From: an uncultured Desulfobacter sp.
GTDB taxonomy: Bacteria > Desulfobacterota > Desulfobacteria > Desulfobacterales > Desulfobacteraceae
Direction of reading: 5' to 3'
Assembly: GCA_963665095.1 (NCBI GenBank)
Contig: OY762069.1
Coordinates: forward strand, 2,688,001-2,752,000
DNA length: 64,000 nucleotides
The first letter of the stretch is position 1, and each line of letters begins with the position of its first letter. Under the pieces are notes generated by a model, which did no database searches, was not told the DNA's origin, and saw nothing but the letters and a program-made list of their open reading frames with translations. Made by a program: the position numbers and the translations under genes. Positions 21,698 through 32,430 of this stretch are shown here, in pieces.

Positions 21698-22498
21698 ATG
21701 CTATACGAAATTTACAATCGGTTAATGGAACCGATTCTGCCTGATATGAAAATTGAAGCCTCCTGCCAGGGGCTGTGGTGGACCTGCGTGACAAGCCTCA
21801 TCGGGACTGGGATTGCCATGACCTACCAGGACCGTCTGGGTAAAACATGGCAAAACCCTGAAAATCTGCCTCTTCATGAGGTAGCCCAGTGGATTTATGA
21901 CTGGGATCTAAGAAAATGCACCTTTGCAATGGCAGCGATCAATGCCTGCTGGAATAACGCAGCCGCCCTGAAAAAAAACTTTAAAGGACGAGTAAAATAC
22001 AACAGTGCAATCCATACCGGGCTTACACAATTTGTCACGGAAAACCTGGCCCTGGGCAAAGTCGTTGTGTCGGTGGGCCATTTCCCTTTTCTGGACAGCC
22101 TTGAACATGACAATCTTTATATTCTGGAAAAAACGTCCCACCAGCTGAAAGACCTGCCGGACACAGCCTGTGAAGAGATCTTACCCAAAGCGGATATTGC
22201 GCTGATCACAGGGTCCAGTTTTGTCAATAAATCGGCGCCAAGACTTTTGGCCCTGGCTGAAAAGGCATATACTATTCTTCTTGGGCCAAGCACCCCCTTG
22301 TTCCCCGGACTGTCACAATTTGGTGTAAATAAAATCATTGGCGGTGGTCTTGTACTCAACGCTGAAGAGGTGCAGCGCATGGTCAGAAACAGTGCCGGTG
22401 GAGAACTTTTCTTTTCCAATGTATATTCCCGAGTGGAGATAGATTTTGATGCATCTTTGAGGGCAGACCCTAACCGGACTACAGATGAATTAGCCTGA
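21698..22498 (+). CDS. DUF364 (Rossmann-like, putative metal-chelation) protein
   Basis: MAAINA, VGHFPF, ITGSSFVNKS and LGPSTP motifs. Confidence 0.8.
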   Translation: MLYEIYNRLMEPILPDMKIEASCQGLWWTCVTSLIGTGIAMTYQDRLGKTWQNPENLPLHEVAQWIYDWDLRKCTFAMAAINACWNNAAALKKNFKGRVKYNSAIHTGLTQFVTENLALGKVVVSVGHFPFLDSLEHDNLYILEKTSHQLKDLPDTACEEILPKADIALITGSSFVNKSAPRLLALAEKAYTILLGPSTPLFPGLSQFGVNKIIGGGLVLNAEEVQRMVRNSAGGELFFSNVYSRVEIDFDASLRADPNRTTDELA

Positions 22499-22857
22499 GA
22501 ATTCAGCTATTCCCATGACAGAGATGAAAGTTCTTGAGGATTAGTCGGAACTAGCGTATTTTGTTTTACTGGTTTAAGACAGACCGCTCCAGAAGGGCTT
22601 ATACAGGCGTTTGGAGCGCAACCGGATACAACACTTCCCCGCGCCTATCCGGGTAGACCCATGCTGTTGTAACAACAGTAACGCGGCCATGGTCTTTTAC
22701 CGGCTGATATACGCCCGCCTGCCCTGCTGCATGGCGCAGCATCCTTTTTGCAGGCCGACGCCGGATAACCATTTTTCATGCCGGTGAAACCATTTCGGGG
22801 ACATGATATGACAAGCCCGGATTGATCCCGGATGCCGGGCAATAAAACGAGGTTCTC

Positions 22858-24579
22858 ATGGCAAAAAAAATCATTATTATCGGTGCGGTGGCCCTAGGCC
22901 CCAAAGTAGCCAGCCGCCTAAGACGACTTGATCCCGACTGCGAGATCACCATCATTGACAGGGACAGCCTGATCTCATACGGCGGCTGCGGTATTCCTTA
23001 TTATATCGGCGGAGATATCGGAGAGATTGAAGAACTTTACTCCACCACGGCCCACCACATCAGGGATGCACAGTTTTTCAAAACTGTCAAAGGCGTTGAT
23101 GTCCTCACCCGGACCGAAGCCATTGGCATTGACCGCAGAAACAAACAGCTGAAGGTCCGTCATCTTGACGACGGGACTGAATCTGAAATAGCCTATGACA
23201 AACTCGTCATTGCCACAGGCGGCACCCCCTTTACCCCGCCCATCCCGGGCGCAGACCTGCCGGGTGTATACCCTGTGTCCAACCTTCACCATGCAAAAGC
23301 CATCAAGGACCTGATCAGCAAAGGGGCTGTGGGAAATGCTGTGGTCATTGGTGCCGGTGCCATTGGTGTTGAAATGGCCGAGGCCCTGACCGATCTTTGG
23401 GGCGTGGAGACCACCCTTGTGGAAATGGCCCCCCATATCCTTCCCACAGCCATTGGAACCAATATTGCTCTCATCGCTGAAAAAGAGCTCAGGGACAGTG
23501 ACGTAGATGTCAAAATCGGCGCCCAGGTGACGAAAATCCTTGGGGACAAAGAAAATGGTGTGACAGGAGTTGAGGTCAGCGGCGAAGTTGTTGAGTGTGA
23601 CCTTGTGGTCATGGCTGTAGGTGTTCGCCCCAACACAGGCTTTGCAGCAGAAGCAGGCCTGGCAGTTGGCCGGGGCGGCTCCCTGATCGTGGACAAAAAT
23701 TTAAGGACAACGGACCCTGATATTTATGCCGGCGGCGACTGCATTGAAATGCGCAACCTGGTATCCGGCGACAATATCCCCATGCCCTTAGGCTCCCTTG
23801 CCAACCGCCAGGGCCGGATCATCGCCACCAACATATTTGGTAAATCTGCCCAGTTTGACGGCACTGTGGGCACTTTCTGCATAAAAATATTCGGAATGGG
23901 CGTTGCCACAGCGGGCCTCACCCTTCACCAGGCAAAGCTGGCCGGATTTGACCCGATTCACTCCGTGGTGGCTCAGTTTGACCGGGCACATTTTTATCCT
24001 GACTCAAAATTCATGTTTATCCAGCTCATTGCCGACCGGACCACCCGCAAGGTTCTGGGCGTGGAAGCCATAGGCGAACAGATTGACGCGGTCAAAGCCC
24101 GTGTGGATGCCGTGGTGCCCCTGCTGCACAAAGGCATGGGCGTGGATGAGGTCTGCACCCTGGAAGTGGGATATGCCCCGCCCTTTGCCTCTGCCATGGA
24201 TGTCATCAACAATGCGGGTAATGTCCTGGACAATATCCTGGACGGCAGAAACACCCCCATTGACTGGCCTGAGTTTATTCAAAAGTTTGAAAAGGGCGAG
24301 ATCACGGTGGTGGATTTAAGGGAAGCTGTGGAAGCCCAGCCGTTCATCGACAAATACGGCGCAGACCGCTGGATTTTCCTGCCCCAGCAGGAGTTGCGGG
24401 AGCGCTACAATGAACTGCCAAAAGACAAGGAACTATGCCTGTTCTGCGGCACGGGCGCCAGATCCTTTGAATGCCAGTGCATCCTGAACCAGAAGGGATT
24501 CACCCAAGTTAAAAACCTCCAGGGCGGCTATGCCATTATACGGGTCACCGAACCTGATTTTATCCCTGAAGGGGCATAA
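22858..24579 (+). CDS. CoA-disulfide/persulfide reductase with C-terminal rhodanese domain (CoADR-RHD/Npsr-like)
   Basis: SYGGCGIPY redox Cys, GAGAIG, YAPPF, and a rhodanese domain (VVDLRE...FCGTGARS...LQGGY). Confidence 0.88.
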   Translation: MAKKIIIIGAVALGPKVASRLRRLDPDCEITIIDRDSLISYGGCGIPYYIGGDIGEIEELYSTTAHHIRDAQFFKTVKGVDVLTRTEAIGIDRRNKQLKVRHLDDGTESEIAYDKLVIATGGTPFTPPIPGADLPGVYPVSNLHHAKAIKDLISKGAVGNAVVIGAGAIGVEMAEALTDLWGVETTLVEMAPHILPTAIGTNIALIAEKELRDSDVDVKIGAQVTKILGDKENGVTGVEVSGEVVECDLVVMAVGVRPNTGFAAEAGLAVGRGGSLIVDKNLRTTDPDIYAGGDCIEMRNLVSGDNIPMPLGSLANRQGRIIATNIFGKSAQFDGTVGTFCIKIFGMGVATAGLTLHQAKLAGFDPIHSVVAQFDRAHFYPDSKFMFIQLIADRTTRKVLGVEAIGEQIDAVKARVDAVVPLLHKGMGVDEVCTLEVGYAPPFASAMDVINNAGNVLDNILDGRNTPIDWPEFIQKFEKGEITVVDLREAVEAQPFIDKYGADRWIFLPQQELRERYNELPKDKELCLFCGTGARSFECQCILNQKGFTQVKNLQGGYAIIRVTEPDFIPEGA

Positions 24580-24646
24580 AAGGAGTTGGACCGAATTAAC
24601 CAACTGGCCATAAAAGAAACCGTGTCAATAATACGGTAAGATAAAT

Positions 24647-24688
24647 CCTTAGACTGTCAGATATACAGCAAAAACTGACAGTCTAAGG
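24647..24688. terminator. Hairpin between convergent genes
   Basis: 14-bp perfect stem ccttagactgtcag/ctgacagtctaagg. Confidence 0.6.
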
Positions 24689-24698
24689 CGGTCGCAAA

Positions 24699-25520
24699 TT
24701 AAAACCCTGCTTCTTTTCTCATACCGGGGAAAAAGGCATTGGTTTTTCCGGTGATGTAATATGCGGCAAGACCAATCCATTCCCTTACTGCCCTGTTCAG
24801 CATGAATAAGTTGCCTGAAAAATCCAGCGTGGGTTTAAGACTCTTGTCCGGCCTGGTATGATGATCCACAGGAAAGGGGATCACCCTCCAGTTCAACCGG
24901 TTGAATATCCCCACGGATCTGGGCATATGGGCGGCAGTGGTCACAAGTATCCAGACCTGTCCCGGTTCCGGATGAACAAGAGCCTTTACATTCACCACAT
25001 TTTCAAAAGTATTGCGCGAGTTTCCCTCAAATTCCATGGACGAGACATCCACGCCTAAACTCTCAAACACCTGCCGGGCAGTATCAGCATCCCGGTAATC
25101 CTGATGGATCAGGCTTGCGGAGCCCCCCGCAAATATATGCCTGGCATTCGGATATATATACATCAGCCGAATAAAGGCCACATATCGGTCTGCAGACTTC
25201 TTAATCTCCGGTTGTTGCCACAGTTGGGTCTTCTCATTATCCTCAGCCCCGCCCAGCATAATAATCCCGTCTGCTTTTTCAGGGAGGTCCGGACTGCTGG
25301 GAAATCTATGTTCCAATGGATTCAGCAGCATGATACCCAGAGGACACACTGCGATCACCACCATAGCCAGGGACGCCACCCCAAGCAGAAACTTGGCCCG
25401 TCTCAATTTTCCTGCAAACAACCATACTGTGCCGGCCAGGATCAACACCATGAGGAAGAAATCCGGTTTAATCACCACCCATACCAGCTTGGACAGCCAG
25501 AAAAACAATGTATTGGCCAT
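24699..25520 (-). CDS. YdcF/DUF218 (ElyC-like) membrane protein
   Basis: IIMLGG, SRNTFEN, LVTTAAHMPRS and REWIGL motifs. Confidence 0.9.
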   Translation of the reverse strand: MANTLFFWLSKLVWVVIKPDFFLMVLILAGTVWLFAGKLRRAKFLLGVASLAMVVIAVCPLGIMLLNPLEHRFPSSPDLPEKADGIIMLGGAEDNEKTQLWQQPEIKKSADRYVAFIRLMYIYPNARHIFAGGSASLIHQDYRDADTARQVFESLGVDVSSMEFEGNSRNTFENVVNVKALVHPEPGQVWILVTTAAHMPRSVGIFNRLNWRVIPFPVDHHTRPDKSLKPTLDFSGNLFMLNRAVREWIGLAAYYITGKTNAFFPGMRKEAGF

Positions 25521-25626
25521 AGCCCCTCCCATTGGTTAAACCCTGAGGCATGAAAATCAAATATTTTTTAACTGGCTTCAATCTTACAGTTCCTAAAATC
25601 TTTTTCAACCGGACAGTACATTCTTT

Positions 25627-26841
25627 TTAAAAAATACCGGCCGTACTCTTTGTTGCGGTAACCACATAAACGGGATCCGACATGCGGGTTTTGCCGATAT
25701 GCCTGTCGGTGAGGGGACGCGGATATCCCCTCACCGACCAGGTGTCAACAGTGGTAAATTTTTTTGATGCTGCAAAAAAAGCCATGACCAGGCCCACCCG
25801 TTCAAATTCATGAAGATCTTCCCAGATCCGGATGGTCTTCTCAGGAAACCAGCGGTTGGAAAAGGAGACAATAAACCGTCCGCCAGGCTTGAGTACCCGT
25901 GCCACCTCTTTGAATACCTCCACCGGCCGGGTCAGGTATTCCACGGAAAGAGAACAGATCACCTGGTCAAAGGTTCCGGTATCATAGGGCAGTACTGGAG
26001 TTTCATTCAGGTCCCGGACCACAGCATCTGTCAGGTCCGAATTGTCGTTCATCTCATGGATGTTCATGCCAAGGCCTGCCACCCTTGAAAAACAGACACC
26101 CTCCGGCAGATGGGACTGCCAGCCGGCCATGAGATCGAGTACAGCATCGTTGCCGCACAGATATTTCCCATAAATTCCGGCCAGGTTTTCACTTGCCTGT
26201 CCGTCAATATGGGGCACCATGCGGTCCACTGAATAAAAAGCCGTGTCCCTCTCCTCATCTTTCCTGGCAAAGGGCAGCGTATCAATCCGGCGTGAAAACC
26301 CGTCAAAGGCCGACGCCTGGATGCCGGGGCCGTCCAGGGCCAGTTCCAGCCAGTCTGTGCAGGCCCCGCCCCGTTCACTGGCACCGATTCGGGTGTTCAG
26401 AAGCGTGCACTCAAGATCAAACGCCTTTTGGCTCAGGGGATGGTTAAAATCGGCGCTCAGGCAGGTGTCATTGATATCCGCCACCCTGAAGGGTATACGG
26501 TTGCCCTTGAATATGCCGGCCACCCCTTTCAGGATCTGCCGGGGGTAACAGCGGTTTACCCGGAGCTGCCGAGGGTCTGCCATGTCCACCCGGCTCAGGG
26601 GATGAACAAACACTTTTTTTGGGGAATATTCAGGCACCAGGCATCCAGGTTCAACATGAACGGTGACAGTGTCTTTATCATGCAAAGCCTTGCACACCTC
26701 TTCCAGCCGGCTGCCGGGGAAGACATCCCGGTAGAAATTAAAATCCTTTGCAAAATAGCATTCATTATGGCGGTGGTCTCTCTCCTGCCAGGAAATATTG
26801 ATCATCAGGTCAGCCAGATAACTGGGGCTAAAATCATACAT
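25627..26841 (-). CDS. Class I SAM methyltransferase with N-terminal FKBP/SlyD-like region
   Basis: DFNHPLS motif in the N-half; VLDLMAGWQSH, SVEYLTRP and SFSNRWFP in the C-half. Confidence 0.8.
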   Translation of the reverse strand: MYDFSPSYLADLMINISWQERDHRHNECYFAKDFNFYRDVFPGSRLEEVCKALHDKDTVTVHVEPGCLVPEYSPKKVFVHPLSRVDMADPRQLRVNRCYPRQILKGVAGIFKGNRIPFRVADINDTCLSADFNHPLSQKAFDLECTLLNTRIGASERGGACTDWLELALDGPGIQASAFDGFSRRIDTLPFARKDEERDTAFYSVDRMVPHIDGQASENLAGIYGKYLCGNDAVLDLMAGWQSHLPEGVCFSRVAGLGMNIHEMNDNSDLTDAVVRDLNETPVLPYDTGTFDQVICSLSVEYLTRPVEVFKEVARVLKPGGRFIVSFSNRWFPEKTIRIWEDLHEFERVGLVMAFFAASKKFTTVDTWSVRGYPRPLTDRHIGKTRMSDPVYVVTATKSTAGIF

Positions 26842-26952
26842 GATACACTCCGAAATAGGAAAAATGTCACTGATATGATAGGCATACCAGATCTTGGAAT
26901 AAGATCATCTCTTGGTGCCAGTTGTGTTACTGAATAATGAGACTGCCAATGG

Positions 26953-27052
26953 TGGTGCATCCGTAAAAAGTCCAATTTCAGCATTTTTTAATATAACCTA
27001 CTGAATTTATAAATACAGATTTTACCTTTTTCGACTTTTTGCGGAACCATCA
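26953..27052. repeat. 100-bp MITE-like element with imperfect terminal inverted repeats
   Basis: tggtgcatccgtaaaaagtc ... gactttttgcggaaccatca (16/20 complementary) around an AT-rich core. Confidence 0.6.
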
Positions 27053-27069
27053 ATGTTAAATTCAATTGA

Positions 27070-27098
27070 CAATTTAATTTTACTCTGACCCCAATTAT
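27070..27098. repeat. Solo arm of the 6087-6155 palindrome
   Basis: aatttaattttactctgaccccaattat is identical to part of the right arm at 6123-6155. Confidence 0.85.
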
Positions 27099-27219
27099 AT
27101 TTAAATCCCGGTAAAGGTGGCACCTTTACCGGGATTGTTTTCTGTTCTTCCCTGGCTGCTTAACTGCAGCCTGTCTCAGAGGGGTTGCGAATATCAGGGA
27201 GCAAGGTTTCGGGAACTGT

Positions 27220-27417
27220 TTAGTTCTGGACAGCCACCAGGGAAATGCCAAGATTTTTTTCCAGGGACTGAATTTTATCAAGGCTTGCTTTTTCAAGTTC
27301 AGTGGGTTTGAAATCGTGACAGGAGAAAGCCAGCACGGTCACGCCTAATTCGGACTCAAGCTGTTTGATCTGTTCCACATCGGTTTCTTTTAAGTTTGAT
27401 GAAAGACTGCAAATCAT
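27220..27417 (-). CDS. Small hypothetical protein (65 aa) with internal tandem repeat
   Basis: AAGGAG RBS before ATG at 27417; two copies of L..(E/D).I..LE..LG....A. Confidence 0.75.
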   Translation of the reverse strand: MICSLSSNLKETDVEQIKQLESELGVTVLAFSCHDFKPTELEKASLDKIQSLEKNLGISLVAVQN

Positions 27418-27521
27418 GACATACTCCTTTTTTCTATAAATTAAACATGCATAGAATCTAAACAAAAAAAGATCCATGAACAAGAAGGGAAAAACAGCTG
27501 TTTAATGACGGGAAAAAACTA

Positions 27522-28385
27522 TCATTGTGTCAGGGTTTTCAAAAAAATACTCAAATTAGTGCCCCGATTCTTTAATCCCAGCTTGTCGCGCAGGTTGCGC
27601 CGATGAAAATTCACCGTTGTCAGGGAGAGATTCAGAAGATCTGCAATCTGTTTGGACGATTTATCCTCTTTTATCAGGGAGGCGATCTTCATCTCCTGGG
27701 GCGTGAGCACCTCCTCCACAGCGGAGAGCCGTCGCAGGAACGGGGAGGCAATCTGGTTGAGTTCAGACTCCACCAGCCGGATCAGCTCTGTGCCTGACCC
27801 CTGGGGGATCATGTCCTTTAACCGGTCGATATAGGGAAAAACCGTAAATTTCAAATTATTGAAAAAGATATACTCCATCTCTTTGATATCTTGGTCACGC
27901 TGACGCAAAATTGCCCGCAGCGCGGCATTGGCCTCCTCAAGGTGGGCAGATTTAAGTTCAAGCTCCTGCTCACGCTGTTTGATTTTCTGCTCCGCCAGTT
28001 TGAGATCCGTAATATTTTCATGGCTGATCACCACCCTTAAGGGATCTGATCCTGACGCCCGGATGGCCCTCATGTAAAACCATCGCTGCCGGCCCGGTGA
28101 ATGGCAGGGATAATCCATGACAAATTCGTCAAGTTCTCTTCGAATGACCCTCCGGATGCCATTGGCCACCTCCGGGCCTGTTCTGCTGTGGGAATCGTCT
28201 GCGGCATCGCAGATTTCAAGGTAGTTAATATTTACCATATCCGGACGCACATCAATATCGTTGGCCCGGGCAAACTCCCGCCACGCCCGGTTGGTCTCAA
28301 TAATCATGCCGGTTTCATCAATAATCGCAATGTGCGCGGACAATGAGTCAAGAATGGTTTCTGCATAAAGCGCATTCATTTTCAA
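27522..28385 (-). CDS. PAS + LuxR-type HTH transcriptional regulator
   Basis: ILDSLSAHIAIID...YPCHSP PAS domain; LTPQE...TVNFHRRNLRDKLG HTH. Confidence 0.9.
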   Translation of the reverse strand: MKMNALYAETILDSLSAHIAIIDETGMIIETNRAWREFARANDIDVRPDMVNINYLEICDAADDSHSRTGPEVANGIRRVIRRELDEFVMDYPCHSPGRQRWFYMRAIRASGSDPLRVVISHENITDLKLAEQKIKQREQELELKSAHLEEANAALRAILRQRDQDIKEMEYIFFNNLKFTVFPYIDRLKDMIPQGSGTELIRLVESELNQIASPFLRRLSAVEEVLTPQEMKIASLIKEDKSSKQIADLLNLSLTTVNFHRRNLRDKLGLKNRGTNLSIFLKTLTQ

Positions 28386-28497
28386 GTGTACTCCGGAAAT
28401 TGTCCGCTATTCCGCCACTCCCGCATTGCCGCATACATCCCGGGCAGACCAGCCTGCTCCCCGGCCTGGTTCAGCCCGGCACGTTTCCCTGACATGT

Positions 28498-30285
28498 TTA
28501 TGACAGCTTAAACCCGGCCATCAACTCATTCAGCCTGGCAGCCAGTGCAGACAAGTCTTCTGCCGTATCCCTGACATTCGCGCTCCGGCCTGAAATTTCA
28601 CCTGACGCATGGCTGACCCCTGCTATATTTCCAGCCACTTCATCTGCAGTAGCGGCACATTGCCCGACATTGTCAGTTACCTCGGCAATGCCAAGGGAGG
28701 CCTGGGACACATTCTGGGCAATTTCCGCTGTGGCCTGGGACTGTTGCTCCACCGCGCCCACAATGGCACTCACGCTCTCGTTGACCGCGTTAATCACCCG
28801 GATAATCTCCTGGATACCCTCTGTGGTTTCCCTGGTAGAGCCCTGCATGCGCTCAATCTTCATCCGGATCTCAGTGGTGGCATCGGCTGTCTGATTGGCA
28901 AGCACCTTAATCTCATTGGCCACCACAGCAAACCCCTTGCCCGCCTCCCCGGCCCGGGCAGCTTCAATGGTGGCATTTAAGGCCAAAAGATTTGTCTGTT
29001 CAGAGATATCGGTGATGGTTTCCGTCACCTTTCCGATTTCCAGGGCTGCCGCGCCCAGTTCCGACACCTTTTTCGATGCCTGGCCGGCCTGGGAAACAGC
29101 AGTTTCAGTGACTTTTCTGGACTGCTCGGTGTTTTTCACAATCTCGCTGATGGTTGACGTCATCTCTTCAGCCGCTGCGGAGACGGAGCTGACATTTCCG
29201 GCAGTCTCCTCTATGGAGGCCCTGACACTGGCCATACTCACGCTCATCTCTTCTGCTGCCGCAGCAACTGAGACCGCCTGATCAGACGCCTGAGTTGACT
29301 CCTCCGACATATTTTTTGCAGCCTCAGTCAACTGCTCTGAAGAACCTGACAGCGTTACCACACCCTGGCTGATATCAGTTATCATCCCCCGCAGATTGCC
29401 AATCATCGTATTCATAGCCCGGGCCAGTTTCCCGGTCTCATCCTCACACTGAATATCAATCTCCCGGCTTAAATCCCCCCTGGCCATGACATTGGCGAAT
29501 TCAACCCCCTGAGCCAGCCGGCCGGTGATGGATCTTGCCACCAGAAAAAACACCAGCGCAGCCAGAACTGTGCCGGCGACAATTAAACCAACCGCCTTAA
29601 GAATTCTTGAACGAAGGGCCGCATCCGCCTCATCCAGGGACTGAATCACCTCAAAGGCACCGTGAATTTCCCCGGCTTTCCAGTTTTCAAATGGCCCACC
29701 GGTGGGATCCTTTCCATCGTCCCTGCCCCAAAGTGTTTTTGACTGCCCCGGGTCACCATGGCAGAGCAGACAGGATTCAGACAGGCGGATGGGCAAAAAA
29801 TACCGGAGCGCGTTGGCTTGTGTATCCACCACGTAATATTCATCCATCTGTTCCTGTTTGATTTTTTTAAGGGCCGGGGCCTCAATTTCATAGGATAAAC
29901 CATAATCAGGGGCGTTTTCAGGATTTCTTGGACTGAACTTAGGCACCCTGAAGACATAGTCTCCCTGCTTTGCCTTTCGCATGGCCGCTTTCCAGGCAGA
30001 CACCACCGGCACCGTAGCTAAAAGCTTATCTGTCTGGCCGGATTGGGCATACGCTTTCATCTCCTCCAGAGGAAAAAGTCCCAGCGTCCACTTATCCTCC
30101 ATTTCCTGACGCACGGACTCGCAGACCAGGCAAATGGACCTTGCTTTTTCCGCATACGCATCAATGGTTTCCACTCTACTGGACCGGACATAAAAAATAA
30201 GCAGCACCGCAACAAGAAGAATCGTTGTACCGATACCAACAGCCACAAATTTGATAAAAATCGGCAGGTCCATAATTCTTTTCAT
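28498..30285 (-). CDS. Methyl-accepting chemotaxis protein with periplasmic heme-c (DUF3365-like) sensor
   Basis: PRNPENAPD and CLLCH between TM segments; HAMP; MCP signature. Confidence 0.92.
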   Translation of the reverse strand: MKRIMDLPIFIKFVAVGIGTTILLVAVLLIFYVRSSRVETIDAYAEKARSICLVCESVRQEMEDKWTLGLFPLEEMKAYAQSGQTDKLLATVPVVSAWKAAMRKAKQGDYVFRVPKFSPRNPENAPDYGLSYEIEAPALKKIKQEQMDEYYVVDTQANALRYFLPIRLSESCLLCHGDPGQSKTLWGRDDGKDPTGGPFENWKAGEIHGAFEVIQSLDEADAALRSRILKAVGLIVAGTVLAALVFFLVARSITGRLAQGVEFANVMARGDLSREIDIQCEDETGKLARAMNTMIGNLRGMITDISQGVVTLSGSSEQLTEAAKNMSEESTQASDQAVSVAAAAEEMSVSMASVRASIEETAGNVSSVSAAAEEMTSTISEIVKNTEQSRKVTETAVSQAGQASKKVSELGAAALEIGKVTETITDISEQTNLLALNATIEAARAGEAGKGFAVVANEIKVLANQTADATTEIRMKIERMQGSTRETTEGIQEIIRVINAVNESVSAIVGAVEQQSQATAEIAQNVSQASLGIAEVTDNVGQCAATADEVAGNIAGVSHASGEISGRSANVRDTAEDLSALAARLNELMAGFKLS

Positions 30286-30465
30286 ATTTCCTCCGGATTT
30301 TGACATATAATTCTTAATGACAAGTATCATCCCGGGTTCGGGAAGACATGAATTTCAGCAAGATTTATAAAATTAACAGATTTATGGACTCAGCTCAATA
30401 TGAAATATCCCTGCTGCAGTGTCTGCTGTATGCTTCTGACAGGGTTTGTAACCTTACAAGTTCTC

Positions 30466-31284
30466 TCATTGACAGGGCAATGGATTAAAAACCTCTTTAA
30501 TGACCCGGCCACGGTTTTGGGAAGGGCATGGCAGATCCATGCAGTGCAATATGGAGGCAAAGGTGTCCAGGGTTGATATTTTCTCTTCAGGTACAAGCTG
30601 TCCGCTCCGGACGGTAGGACCTGCGACCATCCAGGGAATGGTCAGAACTTCAGGACAGGCGGTGTCATGATCAAATTCAATGCCGCCATGATCGCTCTGA
30701 AAAAACAGGGTATATTGGTCTGCCGCATCATCCCGGGCCAGGGCATCCAGAAGATACCCCACTGCCTCATCCGCCCGGACAAGTGTCTTTTCGTATGCTT
30801 TGGATTCGTATCCATGGGCGTGTCCGGTTTCGTCCAGGCATCCGAAATAGACAAAGGCGAAATCGGGATGGATGGCGCAGATTCCCTGGGCCGCCACCCG
30901 GGCAATGGTCATGTCACCTCCAGGTTCCAGTGCCGTATCCAGGTACACGGAATGGGTCATGCAGCCTGGCGGGGCCAGCCGTCTTAGAAATTCCCAGTTA
31001 TAGTACATGGCTGTGGTGCGGCCATGGACCCTGGCCCATTGAAACAGGCTTAAGCACTCTTCAGAAAAGTCAGGGATATCTGTATTGGTCATCACCCCGT
31101 GGGCACCGGGCGTCATGCCGGTAAATATGGAGAGATGCACCGGCAGGGTAATGGACGGGGTGACAGTCCGGGCATCCAGGGTCCATGCGCCTTTTGACAT
31201 GATCCGGTCAATATTGGGGGGGGAGACGGCCGACAGGGTATCCACTCGAAGGCCGTCAATCAGAATGAGAATAACCTTGCTCAT
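30466..31284 (-). CDS. Alkaline-phosphatase-superfamily (NPP/type I phosphodiesterase) hydrolase
   Basis: IDGLR, PSITLP (Thr nucleophile), DETGH and SDHGG metal ligands; no signal peptide. Confidence 0.85.
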   Translation of the reverse strand: MSKVILILIDGLRVDTLSAVSPPNIDRIMSKGAWTLDARTVTPSITLPVHLSIFTGMTPGAHGVMTNTDIPDFSEECLSLFQWARVHGRTTAMYYNWEFLRRLAPPGCMTHSVYLDTALEPGGDMTIARVAAQGICAIHPDFAFVYFGCLDETGHAHGYESKAYEKTLVRADEAVGYLLDALARDDAADQYTLFFQSDHGGIEFDHDTACPEVLTIPWMVAGPTVRSGQLVPEEKISTLDTFASILHCMDLPCPSQNRGRVIKEVFNPLPCQ

Positions 31285-31334
31285 GAATCAGATTCCTCTA
31301 ATGCGTTTTGGGTCTCTTCCCCATATATGTCATG

Positions 31335-32408
31335 TTATGCAGATTGTGCAAGTGTTTGCTGGACTGCCGGATCCTCAGCTTCTATCCGGGAATTTTTATT
31401 CAGTCTTTTACCCTTGAGGGCATCCACGTGATGGCAGGCCACTTTATGATCTGTATCCACTTCAGTCCACTCAGGCACAAGGGTTTTACACACGTCGTCC
31501 GCATAGGGGCATCGGGTGTGGAAATGGCATCCCGTGGGGGGATCGGCCGGGTTGGGGATTTCTCCGGTGAGCCGGATGGGTTCAAAGGGCAGATCCGTGT
31601 CAATGGTGGGTACGGCCGACATCAATGCCCAGGTATAGGGATGACGGGGGGAGAAAAAAATCTTTTCCGTGGGCGCCACTTCCACAAGACGGCCCACATA
31701 AAGCACCGCCACCCGGGTGGCTATCTGAGCCACCACAGAGAGATCATGGGCAATGAACAGATAACTTAATCCCATCTTCTCCTGCAGGTCCATGAGCAGG
31801 TTGATCACCTCAGCCTGGATAGAGACATCCAGGGCAGAGACAGATTCGTCACAGACCACAAACTCCGGCTGGGTAACAAGGGCCCTGGCAATACAGATGC
31901 GCTGGCGCTGTCCCCCTGAAAAGGCATGGGGAAACCGCCTTAGATGTTCGATATTCAGTTTACACAGGGAGGCAATCTCCCTGATCTTATCGTCAATGGC
32001 AGCTCTGGAGAGCCGGGTCTGGCACTCAAGGGGTTCGGCAATGATATCCCGTACGGTCATGCGGGGATTCAGGGAGGCATAAGGGTCCTGGAAAATCAGC
32101 TGCATATGTTTTCTCAAGGGTTTGAACTGCCGTCGGGATAACCGGGTCAGCTCCAGGGTGTGTCCGTCCGGACTAAAGGTGATACTGCCGTCCGTGGCCG
32201 TTAACGCACCGAGCATGGCCCGGCCGATGGTGGTTTTACCGGATCCGCTTTCGCCCACAAGGCCGAGGGTTTCACCTTTGTTCAGGGAAAAACTGACCCC
32301 GTCCACAGCCTTGACATGGCCTTTGACCTGCCTGAGCAGCCCCTTGGAATATACCGGGAAATGGACCTTTAAATTCTTGATCCGAATTAACTCATCTGCA
32401 TCCATCAC
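31335..32408 (-). CDS. Peptide/nickel-family ABC ATPase (OppF/DppF-like)
   Basis: GESGSGKTT, FSGGQRQR, HPYT and GCHFHTRCP motifs. Confidence 0.93.
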   Translation of the reverse strand: MMDADELIRIKNLKVHFPVYSKGLLRQVKGHVKAVDGVSFSLNKGETLGLVGESGSGKTTIGRAMLGALTATDGSITFSPDGHTLELTRLSRRQFKPLRKHMQLIFQDPYASLNPRMTVRDIIAEPLECQTRLSRAAIDDKIREIASLCKLNIEHLRRFPHAFSGGQRQRICIARALVTQPEFVVCDESVSALDVSIQAEVINLLMDLQEKMGLSYLFIAHDLSVVAQIATRVAVLYVGRLVEVAPTEKIFFSPRHPYTWALMSAVPTIDTDLPFEPIRLTGEIPNPADPPTGCHFHTRCPYADDVCKTLVPEWTEVDTDHKVACHHVDALKGKRLNKNSRIEAEDPAVQQTLAQSA

Positions 32409-32430
32409 ATTCTATCCTTATCTTAATATA

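Noticed and set aside
30466..31284. Calling the hydrolase phnA
   Set aside because: It is too short, lacks the PhnA-type TNPNN motif, and no phnY is present.
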